Positions 1 to 12,402 of a stretch of 64,000 bases of DNA are shown here, piece after piece (positions within the stretch are counted from its first letter, which is position 1; each line of letters starts with the position of its first letter). The stretch is from NCBI GenBank assembly GCA_951406725.2, contig OX597817.1, positions 68,510,001 to 68,574,000 of the forward strand, given 5' to 3'. A program made the translations under genes and the position numbers. The notes under the pieces were generated by a model that saw nothing but the letters and a program-made list of their open reading frames with translations, was not told the DNA's origin and searched no databases. This DNA comes from Octopus vulgaris (Eukaryota).

Positions 1-110
1 GCCGAGTGGAAAGAGCGGAGTACAAGTACTCCGGAAGGAGGCGTGATGTTGATTGAACGAAAAAAGGAAAGTAAAAGTGCAGGCGAGTTGAATTTACAGC
101 CACATTGGAT

Positions 111-137
111 GTGTGTGTGCGTGTGCCTCTGTGTGCA

Positions 138-210
<73 letters not shown>
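111..210. repeat. (GT)n microsatellite
   Basis: GT dinucleotide run, imperfect at its 5' end. Confidence 0.95.
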
Positions 211-213
<3 letters not shown>

Positions 214-423
214 TGACCGCGCACACTTAATGCATGTATTTTGCTTGTTCGCCAGTTCGCTACGGAACAGCGCTCTGGGGACGGTTAAATTTAATTACGA
301 ATGAGTCTGGGGGCGAATTGTTTTAGTAGCCAGTACTATGAAGGAGTCATCCCCAGAGTGCTGTCTCGCAGCGAACTAATGAACAAACAAAACTGATACA
401 TTGAGTTTGTGCGATTGGATAAT
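210..423. mobile_element. MITE-like element with ~65-bp imperfect TIRs (same family as 60599-60916)
   Basis: ~219-283 (cgcacacttaatgcatgtattttgcttgttcgccagttcgctacggaacagcgctctggggacg) is the imperfect reverse complement of ~347-412. Shares its terminal motif and an internal ggggcgaattgttt with 60599-60916. Confidence 0.65.
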
Positions 424-807
424 GATCACAACACAAGCCCTGCATTTAACTCGTAATTGGTTATATACGAGTTGGTACTGAAATGTTCCTGGCTTTGGTT
501 AAAAGAAAATACAGAAGGATCAGTTAATTATGATTTTATTCAACATATTCTCCTCTCAGATTCATACACTTATTGCAGCGGTCCTTCAGCTTTTCTAAGC
601 CCTGTAAAGGCACTCGGAAGTTTGGGCCTCCAACAAGGACTTTCGCAATATCGGCACAGCTCGGTGCAGCCCCAAAAACCTGCTATTGCCAGATGTTTTC
701 ATTACATTGTTGCACATACACAATTTATATACATTTCGCCATGTATGCATATAAATAAATACATATATATGCATATGTGTGTACATGTTAAACTATATGT
801 ATATATA

Positions 808-978
808 GGCGCAGGAGTGGCTGTGTGGTAAGTAGCTTGCTAACCAACCACATGGTTCCGGGTTCAGTCCCACTGCGTGGCATCTTGGGCAAGTGTCTTC
901 TGCTATAGCCCAAGGCCGACCAGTGCCTTGTGAGTGGATTTAGTAGACGGAAACTGAAAGAAGCCTGTCGTATATATG

Positions 979-1019
<41 letters not shown>

Positions 1020-1230
1020 TTGTGTGTCTGTGTTTGTCCCCCTAGCATTGCTTGGCAACCGATGCTGGTGTGTTTACGTCCCCGTCACCTAGCGGTTCGG
1101 CAAAAGAGACCGATAGAATAAGTACTGGGCTTACAAAAAATAAGTCCTGGGGTCGATTTTCTCGACTAAAGGCGGTGCTCCAGCATGGCCGCAGTCAAAT
1201 GACTGAAACAAGTAATAGAGTAAAAAGAGA
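808..1230 (+). mobile_element. tRNA-derived SINE family A (octopus OR/OK-type), full length
   Basis: Head ggcgcaggagtggctgtgtggt (A box) ... ggttcagtccc (B-box-like), cttgggcaagt CORE-like motif, internal (AT)n(GT)n and a conserved tail ending gactgaaacaagtaa. More than 10 copies or fragments in the window. Confidence 0.9.
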
Positions 1231-1749
1231 GAATATATATATAGTTTGATTCTTGATCTGAATTCACATCCTCTCTTGGTGAATCCCAACCTCTCAAGGA
1301 TGATTTCACCAGTGGATCGCTTCCTTGATTCTGTCTTGGAACTCTAATCACGGATTCTTACCTTCTCAATAATTAGATTCTAGTGTCTAACCGTACACTG
1401 TTTTGATTTTTATAATGCCAATCTATGAGGAATTCACGAGCTTTCCTATTCTTCTATACCTTCTGTACTCTACTTTACCAACGTGCCAAATCTGAAATCT
1501 TTCGTCCACCATTTACCCTGTCGTCTCAAATTACTTCTGGTCATTCACCCTGCCGTGATGGAGAGATATAAGATGCGTTTCCCCAACTTTCTTTCGTCAA
1601 TCTTTTCTCTTCATCTTTATCCACTCTTTCAGGCGAGCGAATAATCAAAACATCAAAGAATTCTTTTTTTCCTTTTTTCCCCATTTCCTGAGCGTCAAAC
1701 TAATACCAAATGTTTGCTTCATTTTCACGTAATCTTCGTGTTGTATGTT

Positions 1750-2392
1750 TCATAATCGTTGCAATATCATGTCATCATATAAAGCACCACCCTGAGGCTG
1801 TAACTGATGGAGGAAATGTCACGATTCTTTGGGACTTCCCAGTATGTACACACCGGACCATCAAAGCAAATAAACCAGATATTGTTGTGAAAGACCAAAT
1901 CAATAAAGTCTGTTTATTGATTGACATGAGCATATCCTGACATGATAATTTCTCGGCAAAAGAATTTGATAAGCTCAGAAATTATAGAGATTTGCTAATC
2001 GAAATCGAAAAGATGTGACGTCTAAAGGCGGTTACAATACCAATGATTATAGGAGCGCTTGGAATGATCAAAAAAGGAACTGAAAATTATTTAAGAATGG
2101 TCCCTGGCTCACTGTCCATGCAGGAAGCTTGGAAGATTGTCTTTAGTGGTTCGTCAGACGTATTGAGAACATTGTCTTACCGCCTTTATTTCATTTGTTT
2201 TCTCTTTCATTTTTTTTTTATTTTCCATTTTTTTTCTCAGTCTTTCTTCCCCTTTCTCTCTATCACATGAATTTGTAAATGAACAATCTTGTGTGTGTAT
2301 TTTAATGGCCTGCCAATGCATACAATACGTGTTTTTGCCCTACGTATCAAGAAGACACTCGCAAGAAATGGAAGCAATTGACAGAAGATGCT
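1750..2392 (+). mobile_element. 3' end of an R4/Dong-clade RLE non-LTR retrotransposon (pseudogenised)
   Basis: Translation ILWDFPVCTHRTIKANKPDIVVKDQINKVCLLIDMSI...IPMIIGALGMIKK gives the PD-(D/E) restriction-like endonuclease motif, with in-frame stops. The 3' UTR runs directly into (AAT)n. Confidence 0.8.
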
Positions 2393-2426
2393 AATGATAA
2401 TAATAACAATAATGATAATAATAATG

Positions 2427-2484
<58 letters not shown>

Positions 2485-2485
2485 C

Positions 2486-2521
<36 letters not shown>
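2393..2521. repeat. (AAT)n microsatellite, tail or target of the R4/Dong copy
   Basis: AAT run with a few GAT/AAC variants. Confidence 0.95.
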
Positions 2522-2522
<1 letters not shown>

Positions 2523-2543
2523 TATATAAATATATGTACAAAC

Positions 2544-2915
2544 GTAGCTGTGTGGTAGAAGCGTGCTTCTCATGCACATAGTTCCGGGTTCAATCACTCT
2601 ATGTGGAACCTTGGGCGAATATCTCCTACTATATCCTAGAGCCGACCAAAGAATGGGTTTGGCAGTTGGAAACTAAAAGAAGCCCGTTATATATGTATGT
2701 GCGTGCGTGTGTGTGTATTTATGTATGTGCGTGCGGGCGCAGGTGTCTTTGTGTTTGTGCTTGTCCTTAGCCACCTGGCAACCGGTGTTGGTGCGTTTAT
2801 GTCCACGTAACTTACCAGTTTGGCAAAGAGACCGATAGAATAAATACCAGAATATAAACTCGTTAAAGCAGTGCCCCAGTATGGCCGCAATCTAATGACT
2901 GACACAAGTAAAACA
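2544..2915 (+). mobile_element. SINE family A, diverged copy
   Basis: Head, ggaaactaaaagaagcccg and tail motifs match 808-1230. Confidence 0.8.
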
Positions 2916-3537
2916 AAGCAAACGCAAAGTAATATATATACATATGTGTGTGTGTATGTGTGTGTCTGCATGTAGGTAAATATGCATGTATGTACAGTTC
3001 CTGTATAGTAGCACGCGTTTTTCTTTTTTTTCTCTCTCTTTTGTTTTTGCTATCCTGAAAATGTATACTATTCTTGGGTTTAATGTAACTTGAATCATCA
3101 AAAGTCACAAAAGAAAAAAACAGTACAAGTCTACAAATTTGCAATTCATGTTGAAGAAAATACACCAACTCACGTGAAGTATTATACTTTCTGAACACTT
3201 TACCTCGATATTCGCAAATCCACATGATTACACAGTAATTATATGTTTTATTTATAGTATTAAAGATATTTTTAAATATTTTAAGTTTTCATAATAGACA
3301 TACAATTTCATTTTGTTTCATTTCATTTAATTTTAAGATCAGCTCTACATTTCATCCTTTTGGGGTTGATAAAGTAATTACCAGTTGAGCACTAGGTTCG
3401 ACATCGTCGGTCATCCTCTTCCACTGAGTTGTGGGCTTTGCGGCAAAATAAGAAAAAAATTATTCCATTTCGTTTTACTATTTCATAGAGGAAAATTATT
3501 CTTCAATTTTTCCTCGTAATTCAGTTCCCATGAAATT

Positions 3538-3664
3538 ATATACATATATATACATATATATATAGCTATACATATATATAGATATATATATAGCTATACA
3601 TATATATACATATATATATAGCTATACATATATATACATATATATATATACACACATATATATG

Positions 3665-3718
<54 letters not shown>

Positions 3719-3807
3719 TGTATACATACACATACATATATATATATACATATATACATATTTATATATACATATTTATATATACATATATACATATATA
3801 TGTATAC

Positions 3808-3840
<33 letters not shown>

Positions 3841-3880
3841 AGTGTGTGTGTGTGTGTGTGTGTATGTCTATATACATAAA
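3538..3880. repeat. Compound (AT)/(ATAC)/(GT) microsatellite
   Basis: Direct inspection; many similar tracts elsewhere are not listed individually. Confidence 0.9.
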
Positions 3881-5309
3881 CAGCATAAATCTAATTAGAC
3901 AAATCTATTATCTGAACAACAAAACACTCTTCAGCTTTCATCGTAAATCTCTTCGGGAGCCATGTACAAGTAGTCAAATCTAGTTAGACCTTCTATTTTC
4001 TTATCTTAACAACAAATCAACCTTCATCCTAAGTCGCCATGCTTTCTCGGTAAAAGGGGGAAAAATCCTTCATACAATGAATGCCAACAAAGCTAATTTT
4101 ATTAAAGGAAAAATCTTGAAAAACAAAATAAGTCTAAAACGAAATTGGAAAACTGCCGTAGTCCGATTTTTTTTTATCAGTATGGAAATTGGTTGAATTT
4201 ACTGCACCCAAGTATCTGATTGCAGAGGCATTAGAGAGTTGCTGCTTTTATGGTTTAACAGCACTAACAAAAAGAAAAATAAACAAATTCGTCTGTTCGT
4301 ATATCCTTGTGAAGCTACATGTATGTATGTTGGATAATTTGATGCAGTACGAAGATGAGGTAAGCACAGACAAAGAAAACCAGCAACTAAGGTGCCCCGG
4401 CATCTATAAACGACCACAACTGAGAAACTAACGCTGTGCCTGAGGATGATACCAAGAAAGCAGACATGACCCAAGCCAACCCTAAAACTTTATCTCAAAG
4501 CAAGATAAAGAAAACAGAACTGGCCAAGTGAAGTTACCTCTGCTACAAAGGACACAACTCTAGAAAGGTCTGGAAGAGACACTAATAAGTAAGATAGAGA
4601 CCAAGACAAAAAAACAAAGTATGTAATACAAGCGCAAGACTAAAAAGAAAAACAACAAATCTAAACTATCTGTGGGTCTACGCAAAATATGGCTACTAGC
4701 TTGGAGAGATGAAGACAAACTGCCAATTTGCTCACCCTAAGCTCGGTCAGAGTACTACTAGGGATACCGATTGCTCGCCACTAAACCAACAGAGCAGAGA
4801 GAGAAACACTCAAAGAAGCCAATGACCCGCAGAACAACAGCAGTATAGAAGGAAAACCACCTGAAGATTCACTGTATATCATCTGTACCCACCGAAATAC
4901 AATATGTAGATGTAGTATGAGATGTAGCGGTTGAGCAACATACTTTTTTTTAAAAGTGTGACGCAACGATAGTGACCAGCCAACATATAGATGTCACCTT
5001 ACGTGGAAGAAAATATTGTCTGGTAGATCAGATAATTGTTTCTGCTGCTAAAAGACAATTCTCTATCATTTCCCCTCTCTCTCTCTCTCTCGCTCCCTTA
5101 CACTTTATATTTCGATACTGCATAAAAGTAGTTTATGTAAGGCAGGATTAAGCATGAGCGACTTAAGGAGGATAAGATAGTTGAAGGAAAGGGTTAGAAG
5201 TGTTTCTGTTACATGGATAAATATACTGACATTAGCTTCACCAAAATGAAGATATGTATTATTCTTGTGAGAAATAACTGGGAAGAATCACGTAAACTTT
5301 GGGTACAAT

Positions 5310-5670
5310 TAATCGAAAATGTTTGCGGAAAATCCTGACAGTTCTATACTACGATTATGTAAAAAGGAAAAATGAGGACGCCTTAAGAAGAGCAACGTTA
5401 CCAACACTCCAAGACATGGTAACGGAACTAAAATGCGACAGGTTAGTCATGTTCTGCGGTAGCCAGATAATCGGTTAGCTAAAAATATATATTGAGCTGG
5501 GCACCAGCAAACAGAAGGCGAAGATGTGAAAGACCACCATTACATTGCGTCGAACTCTCCGGAGGATCTGAAGGCCGTTAACCGACACTGAGAAAAAATA
5601 GCTGAACATGCAACCGATAGAGGAGAGTGGAGAAGTGCCTCCTGGTGCATAAACATGCGTGGGATGAAAT
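5310..5670 (+). mobile_element. RTE-clade LINE 3' coding remnant
   Basis: Degenerate motifs RKCLRKIL..., SHVLR*PDNRLAK and HATDRGEWR, typical of RTE C-termini. Homologous to the minus-strand copy at ~56650-57000. Confidence 0.65.
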
Positions 5671-6040
5671 GATTGATTGACAAGTAGTCCATTAGATGCA
5701 CCGATGAGACATACTAACCGAAACGTGTCTAGCAATCTCCTTGCACATAAAATACAGAATGTCTAATTTTTAACTGAATTTTAATTTTGCTTTCCAACGA
5801 TGTTTTACAATGAACATAAATTAATTATCTCTATTTTGAAGAAGGAGAAAAAGAAAGGAAATAACTATGTTACTGCTTCCGAAAAAAAGAAAAGAAGGAA
5901 ATGAGCGGCCAATAAATGATAGAACAAATACAAGAAATATATACATATAAAAATACATATACATATTCAAACATAAATACATACTTATGGATGTATATGT
6001 ATGTATGCATGTATATATGCATATGTATATGTATGTGTGC

Positions 6041-6089
<49 letters not shown>

Positions 6090-6544
6090 TGTATGTATTT
6101 ATGTATTTATGTACGTATGTACGTATGTATGTATGTATATCTATTTGTACGCATGTATATATATATATACGCACAAACACATGTGTGCAACCAACCATAC
6201 ACTGCCGAACATACTATGGAAACAATTTCAGAATAGACACTTTTACAACCAAATGAACCATAAAACGCCTAGTAACCTCTACGCACCACCATTGAATATT
6301 TTCGTATTAGAGTTATTAAAATACGTTCACAAAAGATAAGACAATAACTTCTTGGGAGCAATAAATTATTCATGAGTTAGTATTTGTGTTTATGTGTGTT
6401 GTACGTATGCGTATATGTATGTATTTGTATATATATATATTGAGTGTATGTGTGCATGTATATGTGTATGTGTTTGTGCTTCATATACATACGTACATAC
6501 ATTAATACACACACACACACACACGCACATACACACACACACAC

Positions 6545-6590
<46 letters not shown>

Positions 6591-6716
6591 GAATATATTC
6601 TTAAGCAAAAGACATAAATAACAATATAATTAGTAGTGCCTGTGCTTAATTAATAAATAGAAAACACTTCTGCTGCATACATATACACTCGTACACACAC
6701 TTACGCGCGCGCATGC

Positions 6717-6795
<79 letters not shown>

Positions 6796-7699
6796 AAGTG
6801 ATATTTTATGATTGTCTGTCTCGCGAATGTAATCTTGTACGTTACATAGTTTATTTATCTCAACCTTACTTGATTTCTTGTTCTTCATTTGTTCTACTCT
6901 ATTTTGTATTCATATTTTGTGGTCGAGGATTTGTTACTTTCACAGCCTTTGAGGCACCGTACGAAGCCCTAGATAAAGCAAAACGGCTTTATATTCATAT
7001 ATTCAACAAACTAACATCATAGCTTTGCTTTATGGTTATTGATTTATGAATAAACATGAACGAGTGGCTGAGAGGTTCGCTTCGCAACTACGTGATTGAG
7101 TATTCAAGCTCCCTTTGCAGCATTTTTTAGTTCTGTTCAACCACGAGAACGGTTCGACCAAAACTCAGAGAGATAACGTTTATAGACTGGAACTGCGTAT
7201 AAGTCCTTTGGATTATGGGATGTTTCTGTTCTTAGTTACTCGATTTAATCGGTTTGTATTTAACAACACCATCTTGTCTCTGGGTACTTTTAGCCTAGTC
7301 AACTCTGTTGCAGTATTCAGTTCAGATCTCATCCAGTCTGAGAATGATTTCATACCTACGTTGTCATCTTTTATCTTGTAAACTTTTCAGCTAATTCAGT
7401 CTGCCTGTAGTAAAATGCTATGTTAATGTATACCAAAATATCTTTCTACGAAATCATGATGTGATGTCTAGTTTTTCAGTGTTGTCCCCCAAATGAGTAA
7501 CAGGGTTATGACTCTGATGATCATCAGAGCATTATTGGGAAATCTCACTGCAATGACCCACACTGTATAATACGAGTTTTGTCCTTTGGTAGCAACTTTT
7601 ATTTCTTATTTCTTAGATTTTTGCCCATGGGTAGCAACTGTTATATTTTAGAAAGTATGAAAAATGGCTAATATTTCCATCAACTTTTCTTTTGTTACA

Positions 7700-7875
7700 T
7701 TTATTCAAACCCCGACGAATCCCTCTCAACACATAGCTATGATGCTCCCTCACCCACTACTCCTGCTCATGATCAGAGATGCAAATATATTACCTGTCAC
7801 AAAGGAACATGCAGACGTGGTTATAGTCAAGCAAGTGACAAATAAATCTGTGGTATTGAGCAGAATATTTGCTAC
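7700..7875 (-). mobile_element. Fragment of the non-coding repeat seen complete at 52423-52980
   Basis: ttattcaaacccc...gaatccctctcaacacat...aaatctgtggtattgagcagaatatttgct matches ~52708-52874. Confidence 0.8.
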
Positions 7876-10490
7876 AATGATATTTATGCGTCTGCAAATC
7901 AGCGCTGAATATGTCTGAAACGTCATAGAAAATTGGTCAGTTTCAAAACATTGATATCCAGGTCACAAAAGCAAAGTATGAATGGAATGATAGTCATTTC
8001 CTTTGATTTCTAGATAGAAGCAAATATAACACTTACTAACCAGAAATAAAAGAAGAAAAAACGCTATACAGTGTCATCGAACAAAAGATATCTCGCGGTA
8101 TTCAGTGGTATCCTTTTATGCTCTGAATGCAAACCCAGCCGCCAAATACGACATTGCTTTTCATACTTTTAGGATCGATAAAACAAAATACCCATCAGTA
8201 ACTGGAGTCGATAACATTGATTATTCCTTCTTTCCCAAAACTTGTAGCATTGTATCTATGTTAGACATCAGTAATAAATATTTATTAATGTATACATGAA
8301 TTAATGTTAAACTGTTAATTTATATCAATTAATATTTATTAAATTCAACTTTCAAATATATATTTAAATAGTAATTTGTATTCACCAATAATATTTCCTA
8401 TTAATTCATTATACAACTTGTAATTTCATATCACAATGTTCGCAACTGCATACTAATAAACTTTAGCTATAGTTTTATTAGATGTCTGGCTCACCTTTCG
8501 AGATACTTATGCACAATAATATGGCGGATTTGTTTCATGAATTTACTCTTAAGTTTAATCAAACTGCTGTTGTTATTGTTGTTGGAGGTACCTGAGGAAA
8601 ATGAGAATGGCCTTTATGGCTGACAACAGTTAGTCTGTAGGAGCGTTGAAAAAAATCTGCAAGTTCAGATGCCGTGAGGAGTGAGGAATTTAACATTTCT
8701 TCCTCTTGGCCTTCGTCTGAGAGTAAGGAAGACAGTGTGTGCATTTGTGTGTGTGTGTGTGTGTCTGAAGATGGTGCCTCTTTGATTTTGTTGTGTAACT
8801 CCAGTGAGCTTTGATCGAATGGAGTTAAACACGTTGGTAGCGAGTTGAATAACAAGATGTATAGATACGGAGTCAAGCAGCTTGGCATGTAGGTAGTTGG
8901 TCAAACAAGCAGGTAAACAGGCAGTCAGCCAAACAACAGATACGCCGTGATCCACAGACCCATTACTCCAGATATACCACGTCTCCCTAGGTTGAGAAAC
9001 ATACTGTACACACTTTTATACGATGGTCTTTTGCATGGGGTGCAGTGAGGAAGTGTTCTCATATTCCCGAATCAAACAGTTATTTATCTTGTTCTTAAGT
9101 CCCTCAAATGCATTGATTGAGTTGACCTAAGATAAAAGATAGTCCACCCATGACTCTCCGGTCTTATTATCAGACATAATGGACATAATACATTTTAGAC
9201 TACATTATACAATGTATCTTTTGATGCAGATTAAGGAAACATGGCAGCAATGCCTAGCAAATAAATCAACCATACTGATGTAGTAAGTGGATATGTGGCT
9301 ATAAGTTTATTTTGGCTGATATCTTTGACCATTTAAATATTATTATAAGCAATTTTATTTGTCATCACGCGTGGTTTATTCTAGCATTGTTGTTTATTTT
9401 ACCCACAACACAATTCAGATATGCAGAATTATAATGAATAAGAATTCAATCGTGGCTGTCCCACCTTTTCCTCCATCGTTAAATCTTCAATTACATTATA
9501 TAATGTATCTTCAAAGCAAGCAGGGTGTGATTTGAGGTGATGTTTGGCTGCAGCTTGTAGCAGATCGTACAACCTTGTAAATGCTTTCTCTGTTGGTACT
9601 TTTAACCATTACATATATAAGTATGTCCTTTGCATAGACAATTATCAGATGATTTGACTATTATTTTTAGCTTGAGAGACAATGTAGATTTCTACTTGTT
9701 GGTTCACACCACACAGCTTTAATAGGGATGGCATGAAATATATCTAAATATGTTGGGTATTATTGGCTTCAATAAGTGTCTTACTGTGATCCCTGACTGA
9801 AATCAGTTCATTCCACTCTTTTCAATGACTTATCCAGATTGATGGGAAAACATTATTATCAGAAAAATGATTGAAGCTAAGACTTGGAACACAGTGGATT
9901 CCGCTAAAAGCACATACGGGTTAGGAGGTGATATCAAATAGAGGGAATAAATACATGACTCATTAGCAAACACGGTCTACCAGATTAGTCTCAACTCAAG
10001 TTTTCATCTACAAAATTTTCTTCATGAAGATTAGGTGAACTCGAGGATCAGGTAAAAGACACTTGCGTAAGGTGCCACACAATCTCGTAACCACGTGATT
10101 GCAGAGCGAATTTCTTAACCACATATTTATACCTGAATCACTAATAAAGTTGGAAATATATTATTGTTACTGCCATCTATTTTATAGCCATCTAAGAACC
10201 GTAAAATTGAAAACAAGCATATAAATTTAATTCTAGCCTGGCCACCTTTCGCACCAATCAACCAATGTTTTGTTAACGATTTTTAAATCAGATAGAGCAA
10301 TTTTCATTTTAGCTCAGTATGTCCGCAGTATTCACCACTGAGATCAAACGAGGTTGCAATATTATGTCTAACTATCCACCGGCGTTCTGACTGAAGCCAT
10401 ACGTTTGCAACACAAAAGTATCTTAGAAAGTTTCTTTGAAACAAAATATTACAGCTAGTCTTGTTCTACATTTGTATACTTGCATGTACA

Positions 10491-11130
10491 CTGATATTCT
10501 AAACTAAGGATGTTTCAAGTACGTATATTAATTTAAGTCTTATCAGCGAGAGAAAAATCAATATTGAATTAATACCAATTTGTCAGTGATGTCATGTGCA
10601 GGAAAAAGGAAATGAAACGAGTATTTGCACAAAAAACAAATGCACTCTCCACTTTCACTCATAACATGGATTTTCCGTCGGGTTTCACGAAGATGGAATT
10701 CGGTTGTCCAGAGTAACGGAATTACCAATTAATTGTAGTTTTAATGTAAAGAGCGAATATCCTACAAACACTTATATCCCCTTGGTAGTTCAACTAATGC
10801 GCCCTGATATTCTAAACTAGGGATGTTTCAAGTACGTATGTTAATTTAAGTCTTTTATACGTATCTTATCAGCGAGAGAAAAATCAATATTGAATTAATA
10901 CTAATTTGTCAGTGTTGTCATGTGCAGGAAAAAGGAAAAGAAACGAGTATTTGTACAAAAAACAAATGCACTCTTCACTTTCTCTCATAACATGGATTTT
11001 CTGTCGGGTTTCACGAAGATGGAATTCGGTTGTCCAGAGTAACGGAATTACCAATTAATTGTAGATTTAATGTAGAGAGCGAATATCCTACAAACACTTA
11101 TATCCCCTTGGTAGTTCAACTAATGCGCCC
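10491..11130. repeat. Tandem duplication of a ~315-bp unit
   Basis: Units 10491-10803 and 10804-11130 both start ctgatattctaaacta and end caactaatgcgcc. They are highly similar, with a short insertion in unit 2. Confidence 0.95.
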
Positions 11131-11759
11131 AAAGTACCCTGCAACTGCAGGGTACTTATCTATTTATCTCTTAAACGTTGTCTGGAACGTGCCGAAATAG
11201 CTGAGAAGTTCTTCATATACTTTTATATTTCTTAACGAAGTTCTTTAGCAGAATCAGCCTGACACTTTAGGTTACATATCCTGCTCAATAGAAGAACTGT
11301 CACACAGTTTATCTCTACCCAGGTTTACTCACAACGCTTAGATCGATCGGATGTTGTGATACAAAATTCATTTTTAAGACGTCGCGCAAAGTTTCGATAC
11401 TACGCACGAACTTACTGCTTTACGCAACTGTATTGTCTTCTACTATACCTCGAGTCGACCAAAGCTTGAGAGTAGAATTGGTAAGCGGAAACTGAAAAGA
11501 AGCCCGTCGTGTTATATTCATACATATTCTTTTATTCTTTTACTTTTTCAGTCATTTGACAGCGGCTATGAAGGGTTTTAGTAGAACAAATTGACACCAA
11601 GGTTTATTTTTTAAAGCCTAGTACTTATCCTATCGTTCTATTTTGCTGAACGGCTAGGTTATGTGGACATACACACACCACCACCGGCTGTCATGCAGTG
11701 ATGGCAGGACAAATACAGACAAAAAAACACGCACATAGATACACACACACAGACACACA

Positions 11760-11813
<54 letters not shown>

Positions 11814-11848
11814 TGAAAGAATGGAGTCGAACGACGATTTTAACAATA

Positions 11849-11947
11849 TTCCTTTATTCTCGACATATGTTTCGAAGACTGCATATTCTTAATTCCGAAG
11901 GAATAAAGGGTGCATTATGCCGCCTTCTCATCAGGAAAGACAAGGAA
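11849..11947 (-). ncRNA. Type I hammerhead ribozyme, opposite-polarity twin
   Basis: The reverse complement of the left arm gives CUGAUGA-gaaggcggcau...augcagucuuc-GAAACAUAUGUC. Confidence 0.8.
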
Positions 11948-12072
11948 CCTATGTCAGCATCATGACGAACAAAAACTTTTAGATGATTTCCCACATGGAG
12001 TCCACATTATCACTGTGGACTCCGTGTGGGAAGTCATCTAAAATTTTTTGTTCGTCATGATGCTGACATAGG

Positions 12073-12171
12073 TTCCTTGTCTTTCCTGATGAGAAGGCAG
12101 CATAATGCACCCTTTATTCCTTCGGAATTAAGAATATGCAGTCTTCGAAACATATGTCGAGAATAAAGAAA
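12073..12171 (+). ncRNA. Type I hammerhead ribozyme (PLE-type, minimal stem III)
   Basis: CUGAUGA at 12086-12092; stem II gaaggcagcau/augcagucuuc with an inner hairpin; GAAA at 12147-12150; C-AUAU-GUC with palindromic CAUAUG. Predicted cut after 12158. Stem I uuuc/gaga, extendable with mismatches. Confidence 0.8.
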
Positions 12172-12357
12172 TTTTGTTAAAATCGTCGTTCGACTCCATT
12201 CTTTCACTTATTTATAGTTAAAAATCACACAAATTTCCACACGAAAACACGTGATTTCTGCCCCTGGCATGTAGCTTCAACCGTGTTTTCTGACGTGAAT
12301 TTGCTACCCGGGTATCGGTTAACCGAATTGTCCATACTAGGATAATTCATTCACTTA

Positions 12358-12402
<45 letters not shown>

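Larger units (their letters stand above)
11810..12360. mobile_element. Penelope-like pseudo-LTR fold-back element in (AT)n
   Basis: 197-bp arms 11810-12006 and 12014-12210 with a 7-nt loop and about 6 mismatches by eye. A unique 150-bp extension follows on the right; (AT)n lies on both sides; each arm has a hammerhead motif. Confidence 0.75.

Noticed and set aside
808-880. tRNA gene-like heads
   Set aside because: They are SINE 5' regions that continue into SINE bodies.
4189-4966. A-rich region with short ORFs and a GAGgtaagc donor-like site
   Set aside because: Interrupted frames and no recognisable motif; could be a decayed element.
8559-8955. Minus-strand ORFs, a ctgaaga motif and a taactcca/tggagtta stem
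   Set aside because: No coherent hammerhead (no correctly placed GAAA) and no protein similarity recognised.
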